A stretch of DNA of 64,000 nt from Mobula hypostoma (Eukaryota). Below are positions 12,085 through 24,190 of this stretch, piece by piece; position 1 is the stretch's first letter, and every line of letters starts with the position of its first letter. Location: contig NC_086108.1 of NCBI RefSeq assembly GCF_963921235.1, positions 107,510,001 to 107,574,000 of the forward strand, written 5' to 3'. A model generated the notes under the pieces. The model was not told the DNA's origin. It saw only the letters and a program-made list of their open reading frames with translations, and searched no databases. The translations under genes and the position numbers were made by a program.

Positions 12085-13315
12085 TCCTACATTCCTCCTT
12101 GGAACACCTGGAGAATAAAGACACATATGTAAGGCTCCTTTTCATTGACTACAGCTCTGCCTTTAATACCATCATTCCAAATAAACTGACTCCTAAGCTT
12201 CGGAACCTGGGCCTTAGCACTCAGATCTGCAGCTGGATCTTCAACTTCCTCACAGACAGGACCCAGGCTGTAAAAATAGGAGACAAGCTCTCCTCTACAA
12301 TCACTCTGAGCACCGGTGCCCCACAAGGCTGTGTACTCAGCCCCCTGCTGTACTCACTGTACACCCATGATTGTGTAGCAAAGTTTTCATCGAACTCAAG
12401 ATATAAGTTTGCTGATGACACAACAATTGTAGGCCGTATCTTGGGTAATGATGAGTTTGAGTACAGAGAGCAAATTAAGAACCTGATGGCATGGTGCGAA
12501 GACAATAACCTATCCCTCAACGTCAGCAAGATGAAGGAATGGGTTGTTGACTTCAGAAGGAGTAGTGGACCGCACAACCCAATTTACATTGGTGGTGCAC
12601 AAGTGGTACAGGTCAAAAGCTTTAAGTTCCTCAGGGTCAACATCACAAATGACCTGACTTGGTTCAACCAAGCAGAGTCCACTGCCAAGAAGGCCCACCA
12701 GCGCCTTTACTTCCTGACAAAACTGAAGAAATTTGGCCTGTCCCCTAAAACCCTCACTAATTTTTATAGATGCACCGTAGAAAGCATTCTTCTAGGGTGC
12801 ATCACAACCTGGTATGGAAGTTGTCCTGTCCAAGACCGGAAGAAGCTGCAGAAGATCGTGAACACGGCGCAGCACATCACACAAACCAACCTTCCGTCCT
12901 TGGACTCAGTTTACACCTCACGCTGTCGGAGCAGTGCTGCCAGGATAATCAAGGACACGACTAACCCGCCAACACACTTTCCGTCCCTCTTCCCTCCGGG
13001 AAAAGGCTCAGGAGCTTGAAGACTCGTACGGCCAGATTTGGGAACGGCTTCTTTCCAACTGTGATAAGACTGCTGATCAAATCCTGACCCGGTTCTGGGC
13101 CGTACCCTCCAAATATCCGGACCTGCCTCTCGGGTTTTTTTTTGCACTACCTTACTTCCATTTTTCTATTTTCTATTTATGATTTATAATTTAAATTTTT
13201 TATATTTACTATCGATTTGTAATCCAGGGAGCAGGAAACGCAGAATCAAATTTCGCTGTGATGATTGTACGTTCTAGTATCAATTGTTTGGTGACAATTA
13301 AAGTATAAAGCATAA
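12085..13315 (+). mobile_element. 5'-truncated Rex1/Babar LINE with 306-codon open RT frame (12099-13019)
   Basis: [46 protein letters not shown] and [15 protein letters not shown] motifs; 3' UTR and tail present. Confidence 0.93.
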
Positions 13316-14219
13316 GTGTGCTGACTCGGTCTTTAATTCCTAGCCAGGCGAACCTGCATTCAAAAAGGACTGGTTTTAACAATGTTCATTATTGGCACTT
13401 CATTCTATCCTGAGGATGATAAATTCCGTTCTCTATTCGCCTCCCGGATAGCTAATGTAGCAAGATGTCTAAGACAGATGTTGGCTTTAATTTCCAGCTG
13501 TTTCACATGGAGGCAAATGAGCTGTATGGGAACCGAAGTGGTATCGGGAATTAATGAAACACACCCCACCCTAGTTGTGGTCTTCAACACATTCTGAATC
13601 TCCTCCGATATGCATTTGCAGAGCCCTCAACAGTGTCAAGGATTGCTTCCATCCATCCCACAATCTCTTTGACCTTTAGAAGAAAATTCCGCAGTCTAAG
13701 ACTGTTTGGCTGGGTACCAGCTTCTTTCTCCAAGACTGGGAGACTTCAGAACACCCTGCTAGTTCTGAACACTCTGTTATGACAGCACCAGTCACATTAA
13801 TACTGTTGTATATTTAACTATATGTCATACATGTACATTATGTTGTACACCCACAGAATATTTATTTTATCATCTGTTAATATTACCTTATGTGCTGTAT
13901 GTGATATAGGTGCTGTGTTTTGCACCTTGGTCCCCAAGGAACACTGTTTCATTCAGCTGTATACACATGTACTGTTGAATGATCATAAACTTGAACTTGA
14001 TATACTTGGGATGAGTACTTTCCACACAGCTTTGTGTTTATGAAGGTCTGTCAGTACTGGAACAAATCAGCTGATCGAGGCTTCCCAAACTGGTGAGATG
14101 CTAAGAGACTGTACTGCCTGTTTCTGTTGAGGTTGGTAAATTTTCTCTGAAAAATCTGCTGCTCTTCAGGCTATTGCGTACACGTCTCTGATAGGTGTCA
14201 GACATGTTGGAATATTGGA

Positions 14220-14470
14220 CGACGTGGTAGCACTGTAGTTAGCGCGACGCTCTTGCAGCTCATGGTGTCGCAGTTCAATTCCGGTGTCATCTGTAAAATG
14301 TTTGTATGTCATTACCGTGGAATGTATGGGTTTACTCTGGGTGATCTGGTTTCCTCCCACAGTCCAATGATGGACTGGTTAGTAGGTTAACTGGTCATTG
14401 TAAATCAGGGGTTGCTGGGTGGTGTGGCTTAAAGGGTCAGAAGGGCTTTAAATAAATAAATAAATAAATA
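14220..14470 (+). mobile_element. V-SINE (HE1-like)
   Basis: tRNA-like head (GTGGTAGCACTGTAGTTAGCGC...GTTCAATTCC), V-domain GGTTTCCTCCCACAGTCCAA, (TAAA)n tail. Confidence 0.8.
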
Positions 14471-14749
14471 AGTCCTGTTTGTGATTTCGGGGAGATGTGC
14501 TGCAAACAATACCAGATCCAAGTTTATTGTCATGGCCATATGTGATTGGTTGATGAGCGTCATGTCCAACAGTTACTATTAGATTTATGCAGTTCTTCTA
14601 TGATGTGAATTGCACAAGGGAACCTGTGTGGGAGAGTTTTTAAAGTAGAAAAGCCACTGGGGCAGTTCCACTCACTCGATCTCAAAAGTCCAGGTCTGGT
14701 GACCGTACTACTTAGGAGTCTATCGAGCCTGGTCTGCCACTTGATCGTG

Positions 14750-16205
14750 GCTTTGTGGCCAAGTGTACAGATGATACGAAGACAGGTGGAGGGGCAAACA
14801 GTGTTAAGGAAGCACAGAGTCTGTAGAAGGACTTGGACACATTAGGAGAATGGACAAAAAGAAGAGACAGATGTACCTAGTGTTGAGAAGTGTGCAGTTG
14901 TGCACTTTGGTAGAAGGAAGAAATGTATTGTTTTTTTATTTATTTAGTGATACAGTGCAGAACAGGTCCTTGCTGCCCTTTGAGCCATGTCACCCCAGGA
15001 AACCCATAACCCTATTAACCCTAACCTAATCACGAGACAATTCACAATGGCTAATTAACCTACCCGGTACATCTTTGGACTGTGGGAGGAAACCGGAGCA
15101 CCTGGGGGAAACCCAAGCATTCCATGGGGAGGATGTGGAGGGACTCCTTACAGAATGACGCACGAATTGATCTCCAGAACTGTAATAGTGTCACAGCAAC
15201 CGTTACACTACTGTGGCACCCAGCAAATAAAGGCATACACTATTTTCTAACAGGGAGGAAAATTCAGAAATCAGAGGTGCAAAGAGACTTGGAAGTTCTC
15301 ATGCAGCATTCTCTAAGGTTAATTTTCAAGTTGAGTCACTGGTGAGGAAGGCAATTGCGATGTTAGCAACCATTTTGAGAAGACTAGAATATAAAATTAA
15401 GAATGTAACGTTGAGGCTTCGTGAGGCATTTAGTCAGACCACACTCGGAGTATAGTGAGCAGTTTTGGGCCCCTTATCTGAGAAAGGATGTGCTGGAATT
15501 GGAGATGGTCCAGAGGAAGTTTACGAGACCGATTCTAGGGATAAAAGGGTTCATCTATGAGGAGCATTTGATGCCTTTGGACCTGTACGCAAAGGAATTT
15601 AGAAGAATGAGGGTAGTTTTCAATGAAACATATTGAATATTGAAAAGCTTAGATAAATAGTCATAGTCATACTTTATTAATCCTGGGGGAAATTGGTTTT
15701 CGTTACAGTTGCTCCATAAATAATAAATAGTAATAGAACCTTAAATAGTAATATGTAAATTATGCCAGTAAATTATGAAATGTCCAGGACCAGCCTATTG
15801 GCTCAGGATGTCTGACCCTCCAAGGGAGGAGTTGTAAAGTTTGATGGCCACAGGCAGGAATGACTTCCTATGACGCTCTGTGCTGCATCTCAGTGGAATG
15901 AGTCTCTGGCTGAATGTACTCCTGTGCCCACCCAGTACATGGGAGATGGGAGATATTGACCAAGATGGCATGTAACTTAGACAGCATCCTCTTTTCAGAC
16001 ACCATCGTGAGAGAGTGGATGTGGAGAGGATGTTTCCTATAGTTGTTGAGTCTAGGACCAGGGGGCATAGCTTTAGAATAAAGGGAGATCCCATTAGAGC
16101 AGATGAGGAGGAATTTTGTTAGCCAGAGGGTGGTGAATCTGTGGAATATGCTGCCATAGATGGCTGTGGAGGCAAAATCATTGGGTGCATTTATGTTTGG
16201 GTATC
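14750..16205 (+). mobile_element. CR1 RT 3' part with nested V-SINE (~14930-15225, -) and Rex1 3' fragment (~15660-16012, -)
   Basis: DDTKTGG..LVRPHSEYSEQFWAPYLRKDVLELEMVQRKFT; the CR1 sequence resumes after each insert. Confidence 0.85.
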
Positions 16206-16889
16206 TTATGTGTGGTCTTTTGGTTGATTCTGTTGTTTCTTTGTATTTACTGTGAATGCTGGTAAGAAAATTAGTCTCATGGAAGGGCATGGTCACATAT
16301 ATGTACTTTGACGATAAAATTATTCTCAACATTTTGAACTTCATAATTCCACCAACTGGGTTCGATCTTGTGTCAAGTTCATATCTTCTCCCATTTGGGT
16401 TTTCTCTGGCTGCTCTGGTCTCACGTAACGAATGTGGTTGGCAGATTGGGAGCCATTTAGAACATCCAATTAGTGTGGGTGGTTGGCATGGTAATAGTGT
16501 GGTGGGGGGGTGATGGGGATGTGAAAGGAAATGCGATCAAGATAGGATTAACAAAAATAGGTGCTGAGTTGTTGGTGTAGATTTGGTGAGATCAGACCTG
16601 TGTGAGTTCCATTTCATTGTGACCTTAGAACAGAGGCAGAGTAAACCAGGCTACAGAGTTTTTGGTTTGATTACGGGCTGTCAAGGTAATGGGCCACAAG
16701 CAAAGTTACCTCTTTTTTTAACAGCTCTGCTGACCAATGTTTGCTCTGACCAGGAAACTTTTACACGGCCTGAAAACTGTGCGGCACTTTAAATTCTCAA
16801 GTGTTAAGAAAATTACGGATGCACGTCAAAAGAGGCTATATGCGCAGTTACTCCACGGCCGCATACCCACGCAGCTTAGAGCGAACAGA

Positions 16890-17450
16890 GGCTGCGAGTT
16901 AATATTGGAGCTCTATAAAACTCTCATTAGACCACACTTGGAATATTGAGTTCAGTTCTGATTGCCTTGTCATAGGAAAGAAATTGAAGCTTTAGAGAGG
17001 GTGCAGAGGAGATTTACTAGGATGCAACCTAGATTAGAAAGCATGTCTTATCTTATGAGGAAAGACTGAGTGAGTTTGGGCTTCTCTATTTAGAGTGAAA
17101 GAGGATGAGAAATATTTTGATAAGATAATAGGCATAGATAGGGTGGATAAGGAAAGATCCTTCATAGGTTAGAAGTGACTAATATGAGTGGGCATAATTT
17201 TAAGGAGGTGATAGGAGGAAAGTATAAGGGGTATGTCAGGGATATGTTTTTTTACACAGAGTTGTGGGTGCATGGAACACCCTGCTAAAGCCAGATACAT
17301 TAGAGACATTGAGACACTCTTAGATCGGCACATGGATGAAAGAAAAATGAAGAGTTCTGTGGAAGGAAAGAGTTAGATTGTTCTTAGAGTAGGTTCATAT
17401 GGGTTACTACAACATTTTTGGTCTGAAGGGCCCCTGTACTGTTCAGTGCT
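16890..17450 (+). mobile_element. CR1 LINE 3' end
   Basis: LELYKTLIRPHLEY..ERVQRRFTRM and CR1 3' UTR. Confidence 0.8.
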
Positions 17451-17573
17451 CCTAGATAGTGAATGGGTTCTGTTTCTATTGATGCCTTCAGTCAATCTTG
17501 TCTATCAGTCAGAAAATCCACAAAAATCACTCTATTTTACTGTATTTCCACATTGTTGAAATACATGTCATCA

Positions 17574-17612
17574 TGCGTGTGTGTGTGTGTGTGCGTGCGT
17601 GTGTGTGTGTGT
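17574..17612. repeat. (GT)n/(GCGT)n microsatellite
   Basis: Read directly from the sequence. Confidence 0.9.
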
Positions 17613-18089
17613 ATAAATGGAGAGTGAGAGAGGGAGGGAGATTTGGCCATTCACAGAAATGGATATGTGTTGCACTTCTGAATTTAATATTACGAGATCA
17701 TGTTGAGAATATGGCTGTACATATGTTGGTGTTCATACCCTGTGGACAGTGTGAAAAGCAATGAAACTAAGTGGTATTATTTTTAACCAAACAATGGCTT
17801 TTTAAACCCAAATAAATTATTTCCCCTACTGCAAAATCCTCAGTGCATGAGGCAGATTTGTACACTAGATTGCCTTACAATGGCTGTTTACCATTTGTAT
17901 AAAAGACTTGGATGAGGGTAATGAAAGAGTGGCTGCTAAGTTTACCGATGACACAAAGATAAGCAGGAAATTAAGTTGTAAAGGGGAAATGAGGAGATTT
18001 GAAAGATAAGGATGGGTTGAGTGAGCAGGCAGAGATCTGGCAAATGGAGTATGATGTGGGGAAAATACAAAGCTGTATTTTTGTTTTTT

Positions 18090-18340
18090 CTTTGTATTTA
18101 TTTTGTTTTTACAGCACGGTAACAGGCCCTTCTGGCCCAGTGAGCTTGCGCGGCACAATTACACTGATGTGACCAATTAACCTACTAACCCATACATCAT
18201 TAGAATGTGGGAGAAAACGAGAACACTTGGAGGAAACCCACACAGTCACAGGGAGAATGTACGAACAGAGAGTGACGGGAACTGAACCTGTGTCACTGGC
18301 AATGTAATAGTGTTGCGCTAACCGCTACACTATTGTGCTG
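18090..18340 (-). mobile_element. V-SINE (HE1-like)
   Basis: Reverse complement of V-domain (GAGGAAACCCACACAGTCACAGGGAGAATG) and tRNA head (GCGCTAACCGCTACAC). Confidence 0.8.
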
Positions 18341-18388
18341 CTAGTGTTACCTTTCTTAGGGGAGAGAAAACATTTAGCAGGAAAAGCA

Positions 18389-18629
18389 CAGACATTGCAC
18401 CTCTCCCGGAAGTTCCGGGAGTCTCCCGCATATTGATAGCGGCTCCCTGATGCCCGCAAATTATATACAATATCCCGGAAATCGATTTATTTTTTGAGTG
18501 AGTGAGTGAAAGGGGGGGGTGGGGGAGCGAGATAGAGAGTGACAGACGTAGCGAGAGAGTGACAGAGCGAGCATCCTGATTGGTCTCTCTTTGTGCTAAG
18601 TAGACCTATCAGTTTTCTCAGTGGGCGGG

Positions 18630-18665
<36 letters not shown>

Positions 18666-19646
18666 TCCCCCTCTCTCCCTCTCCCCCTCTCTCTCTCTCC
18701 CCCTCTCTCTCTCTCCCTCTCTCTCTCTCTCCCTCTCTCCCTCTCTCCCTCTCTCCCTCTCTCCCTCTCTCCTCTCTCTCCCTCTCTCCTCTCTCCTCTC
18801 CCCTCTCTCCCCTCTCTCCCCCCTCTCTCCCCTCTCTCCCCCTCCCCCTCTCCCCCCTCCCCCTCCCCCTCTCCCCCCTCCCCCCCCTCTCCCCCTCTCC
18901 CCCTCTCCCCCCTCTCCCCCTCTCCCCCTCTCTCCCCCTCCCCCCTCTCCCCCCTCTCCCCCCTCCCCCTCTCCCCCTCTCCCTCCCTCCCCCCCTCCCC
19001 TCCCCCTCTCCCCCTCCCCCCTCTCCCCCTCCCCCTCCCCTCCCCCTCTCCCCCTCTCCCCCTCTCCCCCTCTCTCCCCCCTCCCCCTCCCCCTCTCCCC
19101 CTCTCCCCTCTCCCCCTCTCCCCCTCTCCCCCCTCCCCCCCCCCTCTCCCCCCTCCCCTCTCCCCCCTCCCTCTCCCCTCCCCCCCCCCCCCATCGGTTC
19201 AGTTTAGTGTCCTGCAGCATCATGGCAGAGTGTTCCAAAAAAAGAAAATATAAAACGTACGTCACCCCAGACTACACTAAAGTGTACCCCTGCCTAATAG
19301 GGGTCAAAAATAACGGCAGTGTTGTTTGCTGCACTGTTTGCAACAGTGACTTTTCTATTGCCCATGGTGGGTTAAGACTGTAAAAGACGTGTTGAGGTGA
19401 GTTTAACAGGTGTCATTCATTCATTAGTGTAGCTAACGTTATTTAAACTAGCTGGCTAGCTGCTCAGGAGCTACTCTACAAGGAATATTCAACAAGGAAT
19501 GAATATATAGTTTCAATATGTGATCAAATAAATTGTTGTGTTCTTTCATAATCAAATGTCCTGTATACATACACCCTTGGAAGTTGACCGGGCGGGGGTA
19601 GTGGTGCCACCTCCCTGAAATGAGTTTTTGCAGGGTGGGATGTCTG
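18389..19646 (+). mobile_element. Non-autonomous hAT-like DNA transposon with BED-finger first-exon remnant
   Basis: TIRs CAGACATTGCACC / GGTGGGATGTCTG. From 19222: MAECSKKRKYKTYVTPDYTKVYPCLIGVKNNGSVVCCTVCNSDFSIAHGGL, frameshift, DCKRRVE, then a GTGAGT donor. Paralogue at 33215-34178. Confidence 0.8.
18630..19192. repeat. ~560-bp homopyrimidine (C/T) tract inside the hAT-like element
   Basis: No purines seen on the + strand; grades from (CT)n to (CCCCT)-like units. Confidence 0.95.
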
Positions 19647-19691
19647 AAATTATGTTCTTTAAATGGTGAGAGATGGTGGATAATGACAAAT

Positions 19692-19788
19692 GGCAGGGAA
19701 GGTGGTTGCTGAGAAATGATAAGGAAGGTGGTTGCTGAGAAATGGTAGGGAAGGTTGTTGCTGAGAAAGGGTAGGGAAGGTCGTTGCT
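19692..19788. repeat. ~25-bp tandem minisatellite, ~4 units
   Basis: GGAAGGTGGTTGCTGAGAAATGGTA-like unit repeated head to tail. Confidence 0.85.
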
Positions 19789-20279
19789 TTGCTGCTTGTG
19801 TGTTGGAGCTTTGGGGTTCAAGTTTTTCTGTCATTCATTCATTCTTTTTTCTCTTTCATGGACGTCTGTGAAGATTAAGGATTTCAGATTGTAGACTGTA
19901 TACATTCTCTGACATTAAATTGAACCATTTTAGAGTAGGGTAAAAGATAGGTACAGCATCACGGGCCAAAGGGGCTGTACTGTCCTGTGCTGTTCTAATC
20001 CCACATTACTTCCATGTACAGTACATCCTCCCTCCATTCTGATGAGCTCCCCGGAGCGTACCGCTCATCCATTCCGGGGCAACTTGCGGGCTCACTATTT
20101 TGCCAACCTGTACATCTTCAGGGTGTGGGTGGGATCCAGAGCTCCCATGTGATGTTTAGTAATGACTTCAGATGTGACTGCAGGTTAGTAAGAGATTAGT
20201 AGGCATAGAGAAATTAGTGATGCTGTGGATAGTGAGGAAGGGTGTTTAACGTTACAGCAGGATACAAGTCAGCATGCTG

Positions 20280-20600
20280 GGCTGGCATGGTATTGTTGCA
20301 GTTGACACATCACTTTAAAATGACAGCAATTGTGAATCAGGGTTCGATTCCCACGACACTATAAGGAGCCTGTCTGTTCCTCCATGTGACCATGTGGGTT
20401 TCCTCTGGCAGCTCTGGTTTCCTCCCATAGTCCTAAGACGTTTGGGTTAGGGTTAGTGACTTACGGGCGTGCTATGTCAGCACTGGATGTGTGGCAACAC
20501 TTGCAGGCTGTCCAGCACAATCTCCACTAATTTGACACAAACAACACGTTTCACTGTATGTTTTGATGTACATCTGACAAACAAAGCTAATCTTCAGATC
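20280..20600 (+). mobile_element. V-SINE variant
   Basis: GGTTCGATTCC B-box, V-domain GTGGGTTTCCTCTGGCAGCTCTGGTTTCCTCCC, tail CATCTGACAAACAAAGCTAATC. Confidence 0.75.
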
Positions 20601-21634
20601 TTTATCTCCTTAAAGATCAATTGGGCAGATTGTTAACGGATACAACATTCAATAACGGTGTCAGGCAATGGGATGTCAAAGAGGAGCAGGATGTAAATTG
20701 GCTTTTTATTGTCACATGTACAGAGTGAACATCTTTGCTTTGCATAATATCCATACAGATCATTTCATCGCATCAGTACATTGAGGTCGCACAAGGGAAA
20801 ACAATAACAGAATGTAGATTAAAGTTTTACAGTTACAGAGAAAGTGCAGCATAGCCAAGCAATAGGTACAAGGTCATAATGCAGTAGATTGTGAGGTCAA
20901 GGGTCCATCTTACCATACTAAAAGACTGTTCAATAGTGTTTTAACAATGGGATAGAAGCTGTCCTTAAGTCTGATGGTATTTGTATATTCAGGCTTTTAT
21001 ATATTCTGCCTAATGAGTTCAAAGCTCAAAATACATTTATTATTGAAGAATGTATACTGTATACAACCTTGAGATTTATTTTCTTGCAGGCAGCCACAAA
21101 ACAAACACTATAGGATCTGTTTAAAGAAAAACCCCACCCAACAAAGACTATCGAACACTCAATGAGTGAGGAAGAACAAATTGTGCAGACCACAGCCACA
21201 GAATCGGTTCAGCGCTGACGTATCTTGATCAGGTTTCGCAATAGTAAAAAGAGAGAGAAGAATTTCCAGAATGGGTGAGGTTTTTGATTCTGTTGGCTGC
21301 TTTACTGAGGCAGTGAGTTGTATACATGCAGCAGGACACCAAGAATGATGACGTACAGTGAGACCTGGGGATTCACTTCCATAGTTCCCCAAAAGTGGTC
21401 ACGTGGGAGGAAAGGAAATCCAGCTATGATCAGAGTTTCCACATGGCAGAAGATGCCTACAGCAGTCAGGTCATCCACTCTCCTTTGTATATATGGCTGC
21501 CTGTAAGTCAGGTGCTTGTAAGCTAAGGGGGGCCTTTACAGTTCCAATATAACCTTCCTGACTTTATTTATTTTATTTATTCCTGTTTATTTATCTTAAA
21601 GGAAATATTTGGCATGTCATGTCCACTTGACTGT

Positions 21635-22020
21635 TGCTATCAGGTAGGAGGTACAAGAGCCTCAGGACTCGTACAATCAGGTTCAAGAATAATTATTACT
21701 CCTGAACCATAAGGCTCTTGAGCAAAGGAGATAACTACACTCATTTGCCCATCCATTGAGATATTCCCACAACCATTGATCTCACTTTCAAGGACTCTTT
21801 ATCTTCCTATTTCATGTTCTCATTATTTATTACTATTTATTTATATTTGCATTTGCACAGTTTATTGTCTTCTGCTCTCTGGTTGATCTTTCATTGATCC
21901 TGTTTACAGTTACTATTCTATAGATTTGCCTAGTATGCCCGTAGGAAAATGAATCTCAGGATTGTATATGTTGACAAATTTGTACTTTGATAATAAAAGT
22001 TACATTGAACTTCAAACTTT
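21635..22020 (+). mobile_element. Rex1/Babar 3' end and UTR
   Basis: SGRRYKSLRT..RFKNNYY-like end of ORF2, then ATGAATCTCAGG..TTGAACTT tail. Confidence 0.8.
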
Positions 22021-22394
22021 GTCTTTACCCAGAGTGAATTCTCAATATATTTTTCCTCCCAAATTCCAGTGTCCTGGAATTTATTGCTATGCCCCTTAGC
22101 TTTGTCACCCTGCCCAAATACATTGACTCACACTTCTGTAGTGAAGACACAAGAGATTCTGCAGATACTGGAAATCTTGAGCAATGCATATAAAATTATA
22201 GAAGAACTCAACAGGTTGGGCTGTATCTTTGTAGGGGAATAAACAGTCGACACTCCAGCCACTATAGCGTAGCAGTTAGAATGTTGCATTACCTTGCCAC
22301 TAATCACCAATTGGGCTTCAATTCCCAACACTGCCTGTACGTTCTCCCCATGACTGCATGGGTCTCTGGTTTCCTCCCACATCCCAAAGACATA

Positions 22395-22750
22395 CCACAG
22401 GGGTGTGTACTGAGCCTACCTCTCTACTCTCTCTACTCTCTCTTCACTCCTCTTCAAGCTACAAACACGGTCATCAAATTTGCAGACGACGCCACTGCGA
22501 CAGGCCTAATCACAAGCAATAACAAATCTGCATGTGGAGAGAAGGTGCTGAAACTGTTCGATTGGTGCAGGAACCACAATCTATCACTCAACGTCAAGAA
22601 GACAAAAGAAATGGTAATCGACTTGAAGAAGGCAAAAGGTCCTGAACAAGCTCCACTATTCATAATGGTGAGGCAGTAGAAAGGGTTTCCAGTTTCAAAT
22701 TTTTGGGGATGAACTTCTCTGAGGAGCTCCTTTGTCCATCAACATGACCT
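22395..22750 (+). mobile_element. Rex1/Babar RT fragment
   Basis: PQGCVLSLPLYSLY..IKFADD..WCRNHNLSLNVKKTKEMVID. Confidence 0.85.
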
Positions 22751-23634
22751 TGAATAACGTTGTACCCTGGCTTGTCAATGGCCTTTGAACGTTATGGAGA
22801 ACTGAAGTCACTTATTGCATGTAAAAATGGGATTTTTAAAAAATTAAGTCATAGTTCATGCATTGTAAATATCTGTTTTTGCATGGACTGGAGTAGCACT
22901 GCAATCTCATTATCTTGTGGAATGAAAATAAAGTTCTATTCTGTTCTAGGGTTAACATGCTCTCCGTTCACTATGTTGGCACTGGAAGTGTGGCAATACT
23001 TGGGGGGGATTCCTAATACAGTACTCATTGATTTGATTGGACCCAAAGCAACACATTTCACTGTATGTTTTGATATACATGGGACACGTAATGCTAATCT
23101 TTATCTTTCTATGGACAAACCATCAACTGTTTATTTCCTCATAGAAGCTGCCTGACTGGCCTGTTGAGTTCTTCCAGTAGTTTTGTATTTTGATTCTGTA
23201 GATTAATTTCTATTTGCCACCTGTGCCCAGTTGACCATTCTATAGGCTGCTTTCTGCCATGTTTTCGCTGACAACCTCACAGATCGTTCTAATGCCCATG
23301 TCTGAGTACTGAAGCTATGCACGTCAATAGCCCAGCATTCTCGTAGACCACCACCCTTATCTCAAAGACAGTTGGGAGTATGCGAAGCATACGCGCTCAC
23401 ATCCCGGGCATAATTGTACAAAAAAGATAAAAGAATGAAAAAATTTAGCCTAGAACTATTTTTCAGAATCAGTTTTAATATCGCTGACATATGTTGTGAA
23501 ATTTGTTTTATGACAGCAACACAGTGCAATACAGAAAAACGTTACAAAAAGAAATATAATAACTTTCTTCCATGTGTACTGTAGTTATATACACAAATGT
23601 ATTTTTATACAGTATATGTAAATATCTGAGGCCT

Positions 23635-24190
23635 CCGCCACTCCAGATGTTGTGTCCTAGCTGTCTAGAAGTGCAAGCCTAGGCAGTATAATATGGAGAG
23701 CAAGCTGTTGCCCATGTAGTAAGCTCTCCCTTCTCCACACAACTGCTGAACCCAAAGGAACAGCAGGGACTGATGCATTTTGGCACCAGCAGGATTGCAG
23801 GAGTTGCCAGTCAGCGTTGAACTCTACGTGAGACTGCCTTAGGGTCCCCTCCTCCGGGATTTTCCTCGGGGTTTTCTCCTAAGCTCTTCCCCATCAGTGA
23901 GTATAGCCACAAGGTAGTGGAGGTTTGAGGTCAGAGTTTTCCTTCTCCTAGATGAGCTGCCAACCAAGGCTGATGAGCCCCATCTGCCCGAAGTGTCTGG
24001 TTTTAAGGATCTAGTAACTTGCCCGCGCCCCTTCTTCTCAGTAGAAATGGTTCCGCCAGGCTTAGTGGGTAAGCCACATGATAAGGCCGGAAGCTGGACT
24101 TGGTTGTTAGCCTATATGAGTTGCAAGCCTTTGGGAGCATTTAATAGGTCGTGGGAGCTTAGCCCCACTGCCACCCCCGGCTATAGCAAC
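23635..24190 (-). mobile_element. RTE-related non-coding element
   Basis: Shares GCTGTTGCCCATG..CAAG..CTCC..TCTCCAC (antisense) with the tail region of the SINE at 29082-29394. Confidence 0.45.

Noticed and set aside
12099..13019. Functional stand-alone reverse transcriptase
   Set aside because: Lacks the endonuclease and RT N-terminus and is frameshifted near the end; a young truncated LINE copy.
13340..13600. Short ORFs in unique-looking DNA
   Set aside because: No recognisable domain or convincing splice-site pair.
18487..19265. Four 200+ aa Pro/Ser/Leu- or Gly/Glu/Arg-rich ORFs
   Set aside because: They are translations of the C/T tract, which cannot contain stop codons; not genes.
19692..19788. 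CRISPR-like array
   Set aside because: Head-to-tail 25-bp units with no unique spacers, no cas genes, and a vertebrate context.
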